DNA of 62,887 nucleotides, filler included, from Phoronis australis (Eukaryota; Animalia; Phoronida): NCBI GenBank assembly GCA_002633005.1. It is 5 parts of 5 records of this genome, joined end to end, with 100 filler letters (N's around TTAATTAATTAA, not from the genome) between each part and the next. Parts side by side here need not be neighbours in the genome. Positions count along the whole stretch, not along the records: positions 1 to 30,055 come from NMRA01001036.1; 4 more parts are not named here. One strand, written 5' to 3'. Positions 12,380 through 25,814 of the stretch are shown in pieces (the first letter of the stretch is position 1; each line of letters opens with the position of its first letter). Both the position numbers and the translations under genes were made by a program. The notes below the pieces were generated by a model. It ran no database searches. It was given only the letters and a program-made list of their open reading frames with translations, and was not told where the DNA came from.

Positions 12380-14230
12380 CTGTCTTCCCCTGTGCAGAGT
12401 TTGCTCAGTATTTGCATCGGACCTTTTATTGCCCTGCCGTATCACAGCTCAAAGGGTGGAAATCCTGGGCTTGATCGCGGTATTTCTTGGTAAGCAAACA
12501 TGACACCTGGCAGATACCGGTCTCAATACTTTGGTCTTTGACACATTTTCTTCAGCATGGCCTTTAGACCACCGTTGATTCTCTGACAGAGCCCGTTACA
12601 GCGTGGATTGTAAGGGGTCGTGTAAAGCTGCTTTGCACTCACAAACCCGCTGACCTTCATCAGTTCAGCTGTGAACTGCGTTCCACGATCACTCTCTCGC
12701 GGGAACCCTACTCTACTGAAGACTTCTAACAATGCTTCAGCCACACGCTCTGTCTCAATCTTCGGTAGCGTCACTGCATCTGGATGCCTGGTAGCGAAAT
12801 CTACCACCGTGAGAATGTATCTGTTTCCTTTGACGGAAACTGGAACTATAGGGCCAATCAGATCGATCGCCATCCTTTTGAAAGGCTCCTCCATCAAAGG
12901 CATCTCTCCCAGGGGTACCTTGGTCACTCGACCTTTCGCGATTGTCTTTTGGCAGATGTTGCATGATCTGCAGAGTCTGGTCACTTCTGATACCACTCCT
13001 GGCCAATAGAAATTGCTGGTGATACGGTCAGTTGTCTTACTAACACCGACGTGTCCACTGAGTATAGACTCATGAGCAAGCCTCATCACGGACTTCCGTA
13101 AACTGCGCGGCACGACAACTTGTTTCACCTCGTCAGCGTCTTTCTTATTGAACATCCGATAAAGTATTCCCCGCTGAACACCGATCATGTATTACCCCTT
13201 GCCTTTGGTCTGTCGCTAAGCTTTGGCTTCAGCTTGATCCCATAACTTTTTCATTGATGAATCTTCATACTGTGCTGTCCTCGTTGGCAGTTTCTGCTCT
13301 GTGCTGTCGCTCAACATCCCCGGGGTTCAAGGCATCAGGTACGTTCCTGATAATCAAATCGGCCACTGGACGTTCCATGCATATCGCAAACACTTCTCCT
13401 GTGTAGTACGGAATCTCGATGTTGATCTTTGTGACAGACAGCCATCTCTTGGTAGATTCCGCCCACACGCAAGACCACTTCCGACAGGTCATATCTCCTG
13501 ATTCGACTAGTCTCGATGGAACCACAGCGGTCGTTCAGCCTGTGATTCTCAATACTGAGACCTTCTTCTTGCCAACATACCCCTCCTTAAGACACAGTCA
13601 TCCTTTGACAGCGCGTTCAGGGTTAGCACACTTCACCGAATCCTGCTTATACTGGGAACGTCGGTGGTTGACCTCTGCTGACTTTTGGTGTTGCATCCCT
13701 AGTGTCCGCTTCCGACAGTCTCTAGCCAGGTGTTCAGTTTTGTGACAGAAGAAACATCTTTCCTCTGCGAGGTCAGTTTTCTTTTGGTAGACTCTCTGGT
13801 TGTCTGTCTTAATTGGTCGTTCAAGGGATTTCCTCGACCGAGAGCTCGTTCTATCCACTCCATGGGCCTCAATATACCTCTCTGCTAAGCCCACCATCTC
13901 TGCAAAAGATTTGGGTATCCGCTCTCGCAGGAACAAAGCCAAGTCTTTAGTACAGGTGTTCACGCACTGCTCACGCACTAACAGTTCTTCTAACTCAGCA
14001 AAGTCTTTGCCACAGTCGGACATCTCTATCCGCCTGTCTAGGTAGCGCTGTATGCGGGCCACAAACTGGTAAGGTGTCTCACCCCTCTTAGCCCTCGCTT
14101 CTCGGAACTGTCTGCGAAAGCCTTCCTCCGTCAGCTAATACCTCTTCAATCTGGCTCTCTTGAGTGTAGCAGAGTCCAGTGCATCTGCCATCGGTAGGCT
14201 GGTGTAAACTTGCAAACCCTTACCTGTTAA
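12380..14230 (-). mobile_element. Gmr1-like Ty3/Gypsy LTR retrotransposon relic: gag (SCAN-like + CCHC), degenerate protease, integrase
   Basis: Gag LTGKGLQVY...EGFRRQFREA...LLVREQ...FLRER and knuckle CFFCHKTEHLARDC. Protease remnant at about 13300-13560. Integrase AHESILSGHVG...FYWPG...CNICQK, AIDLIGP, SDRGTQF, TTPYNPRCNGL. The integrase follows the protease with no RT between them; no LTRs seen. Confidence 0.85.
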
Positions 14231-15322
14231 AGGCCAAGTATGGTGCCAAAATGACTATTTTTACGTCTAAAATACACTTGTTGTTAAAAAACATCAAAAT
14301 ACTGTGTCATTGCATACCCCAGTCGTTATTTAAGTAGGCCTTCGAAAATACAGTAGCCCCATCACGAACCCCATTTAGCGCCAAAAAAAACTTGAGACGG
14401 CGCCTGCACTATTCGAAGTCTATGACATCATCGTTACAACGAATTTGGCTTTCACCGTGTCTCCAGAGTATTGGAATCAGAGATAACTCGTTTTTTAATT
14501 TATTGCAAAATACGTGGACAATCAAGGAAACATTTTAATTTTTCATTTCATGTCAGTTAATATTAAAATTAATCAAAACCACTACCTTTAGAATTTTTAT
14601 TCAATTTGTTTAGCACACATTCTAATACGGGCCCGTGTGGGAATCCCCGGGAGTGGGCCTGGTGCCGTCGAAACAGCCGGAAAAACAAAACGCTTCGTCG
14701 GAATTGTTATCAGCAATTTTCCAATGTTGTTATAAAGTGTAATTTGTTTTATACAAAATCTTTGATGTTAGTAGCTTTATTCATGTCTTTTTGAAGCCGA
14801 AGGTGTACGTACGGCTGTTCATTGTGCTCCCGTACATGTATGGGTATAGACGACAGCAGGCCATTTAATTTGGTACAAAATACTTAGAAACGTTAGACTT
14901 ACAGCACACATCAGCATGATCTTTCCTTACAATGCAACTATATTCAAATTCATTGAAAATTTTATGTAAGAAACTCAAATGAAAATTTAATAGCAACACA
15001 ACATTTTGCGAGTCCGTAATAAATTAAAACTACAAAATGAAGTCTGAAATTGCATGAAAACATACCCAGTCATACGAAATCGTAATCAATTGAACAATTT
15101 AAATTCAGTATCAGAATTCCGTTAGGCCTACGGGAAAGGCCCAAATCAGACAAAATATTCCAGATTTTTTGTAGACAACCAGCTGCATGTAGCTGTTTGA
15201 AGGCTATCGCCAAAATACAGCTAGGAAGCACTGTGACTTGAGCTATGTTAAACCATAGACCATAGACTGTAGTCTATCACGAAATTCCATAGGCCTACCT
15301 ACAGACCGGGTATGAGTTGAGT

Positions 15323-16201
15323 TAGGCAATGGCCACCACCCCTTTTGGCCCGAACCAGAGGCGATGCACAGGCTATAGGCGCTCTGTACGCCGGAAGCTT
15401 TTCGGCGAATTATGCCTCGCACCGACTAAACCATTAAAGTCGCGTTGTTATAAATACCATTTACGCAAAAAGGAACACCTTAGGAGGTTGTCGATGTGTT
15501 TAATTCCTTCCAACTCGAACAAATACTCCCGTTATAAAACTTTTTCTTCGAGCAGTCCCTATTTCAGTTCCCAAAATCGTGAAATCAACTTTTTCGTTTT
15601 TTTAACCAGGCCGAAGGTCAGAAGTTGCGGACCTACCGGCGAACTTTGAAAGCTGAAGTTCCCCCCCTTCGCGTGCGTGCTTCCGGGAACCAGCCAGCGT
15701 GCATTTGCCGTGTTATTAAACATTAAAATGTCAAATATGTGCACAAAGACTATTAATTGTCATATCAACAGCATTTATTTTTATCAAATACAAACAATGA
15801 TTCATTGAAATGCAATCAGTGGCATTTTGGAAACGAACATTTGACTGACAAGACTGCAATGGCTCACCTTTATCCTATTTAAAGATTGAGGTCATGAATT
15901 CACACCACCTAGCGAGCGTGCGCAGTATAAAAATGGTGAGTTCACGATTTTGGGAACTGAAATAGGGACTGCTCGAAGAAAAAGTTTGATAACGGGAGTA
16001 TTTGTTCGAGTTGGAAGGAATTAAACACATCGACAACCTCCTCAGGTGCTCCTCTATGAGCAAAAGGTATTTATAACAACGTGACTTTGATGGTTTAGTC
16101 GGTGCGAGGCATTATTCGCCGAAAAGCTTCCGACGTACAGAGCGCCTATAGCCTCTGCATCGACTCTGGTTCGGGCCAACAGAGGCGATGGTCATTGCCT
16201 A
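15323..16201. mobile_element. Non-autonomous foldback element with ~260-bp TIRs and a 9-bp TSD (Mutator-like)
   Basis: 15323-~15585 is the reverse complement of ~15940-16201. Flanks are gagttgagt and gaattgagt (8/9 match). A third terminus ends at the same base at 44307-44382. Confidence 0.85.
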
Positions 16202-16250
16202 GAATTGAGTTAGTCAGCTCGTCGTGAAACTTAGGTAGTCAGTGACGCTG

Positions 16251-18262
16251 AATGAGAAGTGGCAACTACATGATTGGCACGAAAATAACAAAAAATCATG
16301 CTTGTTTAGCCACCCCCTACCCCCTCCCCGAGTTTTGCACATTCTAATGAGTCACCACTTGAGACACAACATTTCAGTTAATTCTAATAGGCATGTAATG
16401 CATATTACCCGTCACACTTTTCTTGACTTCAACAGTTTCTAGAGAATCGAAAAAACCGTCATCCTCTACTGACGCATTGACACTCCCACTTGTTGACTAC
16501 AGGAGAACTGAATCGGATGAAACCATCCCTTCCGACACCGAATTCACTCTGCACTATTCCTGTTATTGTTTATCACTCCCTCATGAGGAAAATCTAAAGT
16601 GGCGTGAGAACGCCGGAGGTCTTGAATAGCACATTGTGAACGCTCTATCGTTGTCAAGGACATAGTTCCACGAGCGGCTATCAATGGCCCGGATCTAATA
16701 AACTTAGGGAGAGGGTACGAATGTACATAATATCATATTTATATCATTCGCTTTATGTTGTATTCTCCCCTTACAATATACACCATATTGAAATCTTTTT
16801 AGTTAACAATTTGTTTTCCAAACTGTATTTACTGATGAAGTTACAATTTTGCCCCTTCCTCGCACTCTGCAATTCACTTATGCACACATGTGACTGTGAA
16901 AGAACACTGCTGACATGACGCTTAGGATAACCTTTGATCAATTTTCTTCCTAAGCTCTGGCTACCCCCCTACAAAATTTTAGATCTACATGTGTGCAGTC
17001 TGTGTCAGAGCGTTGTTTCACAGCATAATTATGCTTAGTGTAGTCAATGCACCATTGAATCTGTAACTGTTAGCAATAGCTACAACTGTCTAAAATTGAA
17101 TTGTGACAAACCTAGTAATTTTTGTTATGTGTCAATTGAACAGCCAATAGTCTTTGAGAATAACGAAAAAGCAAATTTGCATAGGCTGAGAGTGTGCTTT
17201 TTGGGAATACTGACAGGGCTGTTTGTATACTTTTATTCACGTTTATTATTGTATGCATTCCTTATTATCAATTTAGCTAAATAAGCTACTGGTGGGGGCC
17301 CTGTCCGAAACATGGTTCGTCTTCGTGGGGGTGATTCACTGCAAACGGGAAAGCACTGACCTAAACAGGATAAGCTTAGGGACATGCATGAAGCAGGGGC
17401 ACCTGATTCGTCGCTCTATGTGCCTCTCGAAAGTGGTGGCGACTGAGGAGGGAGAGGGCAGTACGCTAATTGTGACAAGTACTAGCACCCCGGGAGTCTG
17501 TTCCATGAATAGAGATTTGGTCTTGCAATCCACATAAAGGTTTCAGGCAACTATTTAAAACTCAATTTAGCAAATAAAAAAATTCTGAAAACATACTCAT
17601 AATTATTACTTCTTAAGAAATTTTTAACAAAATATTTTCAGGCTATTATGTATTAATGATAATTGGACTAAACCATTACAAATTTGTTCATTTTGCTTTT
17701 CGGCACTGACGACTATGTTCAACATGACGGTATTTTAAAAAGTACACTTTTGAGGGCATTTTCAAAAATAAATGTTTTGTTGATGAATTCAGCGAGTCGG
17801 TGCCCACGGGCAGAAAACGGTATCTGCGTAAAGAAAGAGTTGCATTTTCAAAACATTCAGAGCATGAGCTCAAGGACTACCTGAGAAAGAAAATAAAACC
17901 GAATACCAAACAGAAAATTGTCCAATGAATATATAGCTTTGAAAAACTGTTACCCCGAAGAAATGTGCAAAATACGAACGTCATTTACGGAAGGTTGTAC
18001 CAGAAAAGATTCATTGCAGTGGACCCGCCAGTGGATAGTAAAAACACTTTGCGGTGCACTAGTTTGCTGAATGGAAAGCTGAAGCGGAGAAATCCAGAAC
18101 AAACATTTTGTATTCAGGAATTAAAATCTCTGTTGAATCATAAACAATTGACAACCAGGATTTATCGCGTCAGAAAACTTATCACGCCGGAAGAGAGTTG
18201 TTTTCATGCCGGAGACTACGTGATCACCCATTATGCAATGATGACAATCTAGTCTGTATCTG
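16251..18262 (+). repeat. Dispersed repeat copy 1 (blocks 16251-16363 and ~17676-18262)
   Basis: Both blocks recur in the same order and orientation at 29101-29218 and ~29412-29982. Confidence 0.75.
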
Positions 18263-20156
18263 TACATTTGCATTGATTGGATTAGACGAAAGAAATCCAA
18301 CCGCATTTACAAGATAATATGTCTCGACAGCAAGAGGTTGAACATTTAGCCCTTGTTCATACGAATAGTGCGGACATTATGACTTTGATGGATCAATGCT
18401 TGGGTATGGTGACGTGGTGTTCTGGGTGTAAAGTTACTGGCGTGGTAAGTTTTTGAAATTAAATTTTCAGTTCGGTCGTATTTTATTTTTGATCCTGAAG
18501 TGAAGAATTTTTGGTCCTCACTTGATAAATTATAGGTGCTGATGTGATAAATTTTCAGTCTTGACTTGGTGAATTTGTTTTTTTGGTCTTCTGTGTGAAA
18601 GCAATCTTAATGTATTGGATTGTTTTAATTCCTGCTTAAGTAAAATCTCTGGTTTTGAGATATTTATTTTTGGTTCTGTTTTGCTTGGTTTTAATCTTGC
18701 ATAGAAAAATATATGTCGTTAAATTTTGCAAATTAGGCCTCCCATCAATGTGGGAGAGCAGTTTGTATAGCAGCGTAATGTGTAACTTCTTATATAAATC
18801 TAGGTGTTCGTGATTTAGTAATACTATGAAAAATGAGTAGTTATGGCTATGAAAAATGAGTAGTTGTGGATTCTTTTGAAATACTTGATCCTTTGTACAT
18901 CCCTGGTGTAGATGGCTCAGTGTGATATTATGTAAGCTTTATTATCCTCTATGGCTAACAACTATATATCGTCCATGCCTGTAATAGAGGTACTCCCAGG
19001 ATCATCAAGCATGGGTATGTTTTTATTCTAATGAGGCGTGCTTCGAATGTACAATTAGTAATCATACTTTTGCAGTGGTTGATATTAAACGGATTCAATA
19101 AACCCAGTAAATGTTTTTGCAACTGCCGATTTGCATGTTAGACATGCATATTGCATCATACCTCATCAGAGTAAAACTTGTTATCAATCATAGTAGAAAC
19201 ATTTATTTTTATCATTGCCACAAGACGTTAACAAACGCAGTCAGAGTCTGTAACCGTTATGTCTACATTGCTGATGAATTCAATCGGTCTAATTCCATTT
19301 TTATGTGACTGATTCAGGCCAAAGGTTTGACTTGCCCTGGTGATCATGAGAATCTAATGCAATAAACTTATAGAAGTTGTTTTTAACCAGGGTAATAGAG
19401 CTGAAAATTGTGTGCGGTTTCGCTTGCGAGAGTGCCACAGACATCGAAAACGTCAAATACGTTTTCAAAACGAACTTAGTTATATTAAAGGCTTATGGTA
19501 TTAGACAGGAGACTCTAACATTGTAACGTGTAAATATGTATATATGTATTGAATACCCGGACATGAAATTGCCACCTACATGTATACCAAATGTTGCAAT
19601 GTAAATGTAATATGTACAAATGAGCTTAGCTCCAAGTGCAATAAGCAACCCCTCTCTCTCTCATGATGATGGATGATGGATAACACTATAAACCGATCAC
19701 AGTCTTCCGTTTCCATGCGCCCATGATTTAATATTTGCGCTATGTTCGAACCATTGTTTTTGTTGTTCCTAAAATAAACTTGGGTTCTATTGCTGTACAA
19801 ACATATTAAGAAATTATACAGAAATAAACAATAGTTATCTGTGGTAAAGCGCAATATACAGCGTGATCAAGTGATGATCAAGAGCAATAATGGATGAGCG
19901 GAAATGCGTGCTGCTTATTGAGAATTCCGCGGCATGAAAACATTTGAGGTCATAAAACATCCAGTGTTGCATTCTGATTTTAAGCAATTTTGCTGTAAAT
20001 TTCAAATTTCGTGCTTGTTTTTATGCATAATGTACTGTATAAAAAGTCTCATATCTAAAGTTAGAAATTATGCTGACGCTAATATTGTGATATAACATCA
20101 ACTATACCACAATATTAGCCTCAAATGGCAGATACATCCGTGTAATAACCCATAAG

Positions 20157-20260
20157 GTTATCTCACTAGTGAGATAACATTTTGGCGGGAAACCGAGGCT
20201 GGATTCGAACCCTGGCCTCAAGAGTTGCGAGTCGCCGACTTTACCGCTACACCATTCAGC
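20157..20260 (-). mobile_element. tRNA-derived SINE head or tRNA pseudogene followed by a 22-bp perfect palindrome
   Basis: The minus strand has an A-box TGGTGTAGCGG and a B-box GGTTCGAATCC with an imperfect acceptor stem (20192-20260) and a poor anticodon stem. The palindrome gttatctcactagtgagataac is at 20157-20178. Confidence 0.55.
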
Positions 20261-20811
20261 GGCTGACGCTTCGAACGTGAAAAAAGAATATTTAAATGAG
20301 CACGCGCAGTAATCGCATGTTCAGCAAAGGACATTGCACCGACATTTATACGCTATGAAAAATAAGAGGCATAATTCCCATGAAAACGATGCTTTATTTC
20401 AGTGAAATTTTCCTCTCGTGTTCTCTCAATTGTAAATCACTCATCTCCAATTTGAATGCGGCTATCGTGTCGTCGGGATCGTTTGACTTGATCGTTATAC
20501 TCAGTTACCAGTGGTAACCTACTTTAGCAGACGATATCTTTCCGGTCGAAGCTTAGTGCGATAAAATGTGTAATAAGCTATAATAGTTGATCAACCTTAA
20601 TTGATAGATTCACTTTATTTCTATTTTGTTATATTTTTCAATTGGTTTTGAGTAAAGGCATCATTTGACAAAAATAGCTCTGCTTTTCTTAAAAGGTCAA
20701 GATCTCCAACCCCGGGCCTCTGACATAGAAAGTATTTACAAAGCCGAGGCGAGTCGAGAAAGATACATGTAGATCAATCTTTGCAATGTTACTCGTTTAG
20801 TATGTGGTATA

Positions 20812-20976
20812 AATAGATTATCACATGTTCTCAGTCGTTATCCCTCTTATCTAGAACCCTCCTGGATTTTGCAGAATTATCACCCTCGGGGCTAACGACC
20901 CTCGGGCGATAATCCCCAAAATCCACTCGGGCTCTAGATAACGGGGGAAAACGACTTCCCCATGTAGTAATCTATA
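20812..20976. mobile_element. Palindromic MITE-like element
   Basis: atagattatcacatg...tctaga...ggatttt arm mirrored by aaaatcc...tctagata...catgtagtaatctat. Confidence 0.65.
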
Positions 20977-23034
20977 TGCATTATTTCAGATCAATGACAA
21001 ATCAATTGTTAGTCCCGGTAGTGTCTACATCACCAGCACCTAGTCTATGCTTGAAGCTAATAGGCCTACTCTTGATCAAGAAATTAAACCAGATGTGACC
21101 AATTGCACATGGCAGCAAAATGCTATGAGCCACCACTATCGAATATATCTTCAACTCGTCAACATTGCGACCAGGTGACCTGGTTTGTGTAGAAAGCATT
21201 TTTATCAAGAATTTATTAGAAGAAACGTAACCCTGCGTTCAACATGTTACCTAGTCCGTAACACTACGATCGTCGCAATTTGGTCATATTTACTTTTTTA
21301 ATTTCGAACTTAGTTTTCCGGAAAAAAACTTATATCCTTTCGTCAGACAATTCTTTGGTGCATTGACTTGTTCTTAAACTTCATTTTTCTACGTCTATGT
21401 GGTTAATTATTGACACATTTATTCAGATTTTATATTCAGGTTGGACTCCAAAGACCGGCCATTTAACTCACGCAATGTAAATTTCCGCTTAGTTTATCAA
21501 AGTGAGCCTCGCTTTGGTTTTTAATGTCCGCCAAGTGAATTGGGTCAAACGGACCACAATGGATATAAGTCTTTGACTTTTATGTTATCCGTGTCTTGCA
21601 CTTGTTCTTTTAATTGTTGTCTTGTTTTTATGATTCTCTGTACTTATTTGAATCTAATTGAGTGATATTTATACGAGCAGCCAACCTAAAAACAGGGGCC
21701 TAGTGGTCTAGACAGAATTGAGGGGGAAAAGTAGTAAGGCGAGTCCATATGCTCACAAGATATATTTAACGAGTGAGATATTGCTCACGATCAACATACG
21801 TGCCAAATAAGATATACATTTAATGATATGTGCGTTACGAGCTCGTTAGAAGAGGTGAAAGGGAGACCGCTGTAAGCGATAAAAGGTCATTTATGACGAG
21901 TCAAAAAATTTCAAGTGGTAGATAGTGAATAAAAATAAGTCAAATAAAAATTGATGGCCAATAAAAAGCGCCACACGAAAGAAATATCTTTACGAACCTG
22001 GCAATATGGGATGATGGTTTTCTGACAATTTTTTTGTAATTGTCAGATGATTGAGTGTGGGTTTGTTTAAAAGGTAGCTATGCTTTTGGGATTGTGCGCA
22101 GATGGAGAGTGAATATTCAAATCCAGTAATTAATTTATTATATGATAACCCCTAATTAGACAAACCTATTGTTAATTACGTAATCAACTACAAAGAGTAA
22201 CTACGCTAGCGCCCTCTTTAAAGATTACTTTAATCAAACAACCAAAACAATCAAATGTCTTATCTGCTATCCAAGCTAGGACTCTCCACTTGTTGGATCT
22301 CTGTCCTGTTGGTGAATCTTCGAACTACACACACTGTATAGCGACAGTGTACTTGCTGGTCACCGTCTTCGGTGATGCAATACTTGCAGGCAATTTCTTC
22401 TACACGCGATTCTTCTTGCTGGTCACATTCTCTGGCTGATGACGAAACACTTCAGGTAGTATCTTACTACCCACAATGCAAGTGACAAGCTCTTAGTTAA
22501 CTTCCTGTCCGTTAACCCTTGCCCTTGCCAAGATCCTTTCTAGTATCTTCCACGAGATGGCTCTGTCGTACAACTGCTTCTGTACACTGTAGCAAGTGTT
22601 TATGCTTCAACTACTATAGCGCATCTAACTATATCCTGTTGATTTCAGCCCATAATATAACATTCTACTTATTTAGTGATTGGCTAATAAAAATCACATG
22701 ATCATATCCACTCACATTATTGGCTGTAACAATTTGTTCTCAGAATTTTCTAGAATCTCTAGAGTACTTTGAACCCAGAATCCGAAGTTGTAAACACCAT
22801 CTAAAAATAGGTTTTGACGTTAAAATACACGTCAACAAGTTTGACCCTCTGATTTAAAAGCACATACATGTATGCACAAATTTTGGGCAACTTAAAACGG
22901 AATTATTCTTACTAATTACTAAATCAATATTTATTCTGACAGTAATAATGCAGTTGGCGTACATCAACTAGGAACCAATCGCTGGCATTTTATGCTTTGT
23001 GTAATTAACGTTTCTACTGTTTTGCTTTTTTCAG

Positions 23035-23397
23035 ATATTGCTGTTTCTGCCATTGCTGTCAGTTTAACTGAGAAAGTCTATGTTCTCAACGGTGGAAACG
23101 CTACGTTCAGGATACTTTTAACACTGAGGACTAATGAAGTATTCCACCAACTCTTTTACAAGTGTAACGGTACTGTGATGGAAGCCCCTCATTATTATGA
23201 CCCTAATGGCCCAGCTTACCATGGATATTGTCATTGGAGATATCGTCATCGTTGTGAAACCGACCTAGAGCCTGGAAAAAATAACTTCACCATCACTGTT
23301 TTTAATGTTTCGTCTGTTGATGAAGGCCAGTGCTCTTTGGAAGTTTCCTATCATGTACTCAACACTATATCTTCATTTAGCCAGCTTGTTGTGGGAA
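23035..23397 (+). CDS. Single exon encoding an immunoglobulin-like (V-set-like) domain
   Basis: Polypyrimidine-cag acceptor, gtaagt donor, 363 bp, phase 1-1, open. Reads VYVLNGGNATF (A'/B strands), RYRHR (D), NFTITVFNVSSVDEGQCSLEV (E/F), SQLVVG (G). Other exons of the gene were not identified. Confidence 0.7.
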
Positions 23398-24619
23398 GTA
23401 AGTAAAATTTAGACTGCAGCATAATTATTCATGTTTGTAACAAAATGTACCCTTGACTAAACTTCTATACAATTAAAACCCGCTTTTAGAGACGTTCAAT
23501 TTTAACCATTCAAAATATGGTGTTACGTTAAATGTTACTTGTACATTGTATCTCCTCACCTCACTCGCTTTTATGGGTGGTGGTTGGTTACTCCATACCT
23601 GGTAAGCGAGATATGGCAACTTAGTTGTGATTCGTATAGAACACGCCATGGGCAGTACGACAAAACGCCCTGGTATGCCTCATTCTGGAGATGTGCAGAA
23701 TGCACGGTCACAGTAGCTTGAATGACGCGTCATTAACTGACAACGGTCATTTCTTGATTCTGATTTGGAATTATTTCCGCTTATTTTGGGCCATGCTGGT
23801 AGAAAGAACTGGTAGCAAGACCTTGCTTCTCTTTTGAGAAGCCAGGTGTTACAGTATACTATTGCATAAGTACAGGCTAATAATTTTGTGACAAAACGTC
23901 ACTTACAGAGTTCCCGGATCATTGCATTTTAACTGTTCTGAAAGCAGACGGTGTATAACTGGTTCAAGTCTGTATCCGACAGCAATTTAAACACATTTCC
24001 TGAATGTTTGTAGCTTATAGTCAGGTTTGTTGTGTAGACGTGTTGGAAGAATTTTTTAGGGAAGTAGTAACTATACATTTTTAGAAACTTCATGGAACGA
24101 AAAATCAGGAAATTTCATTCCAAGTGGCGATCTTGATGGACATTTTTTTGAAAATGGCTCGTTAAATGGATTTTGCTCAATATCTCCGCTTCCACGTGAC
24201 TTAGAATGTTAGTTTTTATAGCTACACCTTGATTCCTCACGTCAATGAATTGGTATTTTTTATTTTATTGGCAGCCGTCGTGGCGGCCATCTTGGATTTT
24301 TAAAAATGGTGCCAGTAATATATGTTCCATAGTGTCTTTGCTCTTGGATCACTTAGAATATTTGTTTTTGTGCTTGGACCCAGATTTGTGCGGTCAACAA
24401 ATCTGAAAATGTGAAATATAATCAAAATTTTATTTATTAGCTGCCAACATATATGATCACTTTCTTACTTTCTCGTATACTTTGTTCAGAGCTTGTTTTT
24501 TCAAACACTTAAACTAAACATCTTTTTTACGTTTGCAGTAAATTAAAGTATGTGTAATGTCAAAAGTCTTTCAAAACTTTGAAATGAGTCAATAGATCAT
24601 TACTATGGCCGTATCTGTT

Positions 24620-25100
24620 ATCAATGTCTTCAGGAATCACAACACCATCACCAATATGGCATTCTGAACTATACTGACATATATCTGTGTAAGGTAGGTC
24701 CTTTGATCTCCAAGATCATCTTTGGGAAGAGCAACGTTTTTGCTCTATCGTCTAACCATCTCAATGACACATGTAGCCTCTGGAGCCGGGAGCTCATCAG
24801 TTGTTAGGTTTTCAGCGGTCATCTTTGTCCTTGTAAATTCATTCTGCAATGGTTCAAGGAACTCATGTTGAGCAATGGCTGCCCTGCGCTACACTCTGGC
24901 TTGACTAATCACCCTGAGCACACGCTGCTTCATGATAGTTATCTTCTAAGCGCAAATCACGTCGGTTGCTCTTCCTGAACCCTTAAACTGAAGTAATGTC
25001 AATCTTGACAGTTTTTGCTGTATTCAAGTGTCTTTGCAGACAGATATTCAGTAAGTTGTCATGGTAGATGAAACGGCTCATTGGGATGTTCTGTATAAAG
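24620..25100 (-). mobile_element. Heavily degraded Academ-like transposase C-terminus
   Basis: Remnants QRVLRVISQARV*, LEPLQNEF, LPAPEA and LPYTDICQYSSEC resemble the RAxYQxxIW...P...GW...PAP...CTDxCxC tail of Academ proteins. Downstream (about 24060-24440) are gccatcttg-rich subterminal-like sequences. Confidence 0.35.
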
Positions 25101-25814
25101 TATCATCTCTTATCTGATACTGTAGTTGACCTTTTTTCTCTCGTGGCTTGCTTCCAAGAGTTGTCTTTTTGAGAGTCAAAAACCAGAGTGATATTGTAAT
25201 TATTATATCACTTTCATATCTACACGTGCAGTTTCGTGGCTTGAGTGAACGAACACACAGTGGATGCCGTTTTCATGTTTTCTGGACCTTAATACTCTCT
25301 TGCAATATGAGGGCTATCCTGTTCTAAGACGACTACTTCCGGAAGTTTCTGCAGAATGTGGATTCGATTCGACTTGTCTGTGCATGGCAGCATTGCCCAA
25401 CCGGCAGCTAATATTGTGAGTACCCTTCAGCCGACCGGTCATCAGCCCACCAGCTGGTCGGCTGCTATTTTTAGGCTAGAGTAGCAGTTGCGTAATAGGT
25501 TGTCAGGCTGATGCCACTTTGCTTGTCGATGCATATTCGTCTAAGCACAGGGTCAAATAAATTAACCTAGTTTTACTGTCTCGGTTACATGAGTTCACGT
25601 CGGTTGTGTAATACCACTAATTCGAAGGTTGAAGGCAAGCGGTACTAGTAAACAATGGATTATGGACAATGCAACAAGTTTTGGATGAAAAACGTGAAAG
25701 TTTTCTTTACATTTGATCTTTAATTTGACTTATGACGTTAACAAGATGGATTAGATTGGTTGCTTCCCGGTCAGTACAACGCTGTAGGCATTTTGTTAAC
25801 GCAGCGATTTTTAA

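Noticed and set aside
17684-17884. hAT dimerisation-like ORF (LLMNSASRC...)
   Set aside because: Lacks the ERxFS motif and the frame is not conserved in the second copy.
22169-22730. Solo LTR (TGTT...AACA)
   Set aside because: No target-site duplication and no second copy in the window.
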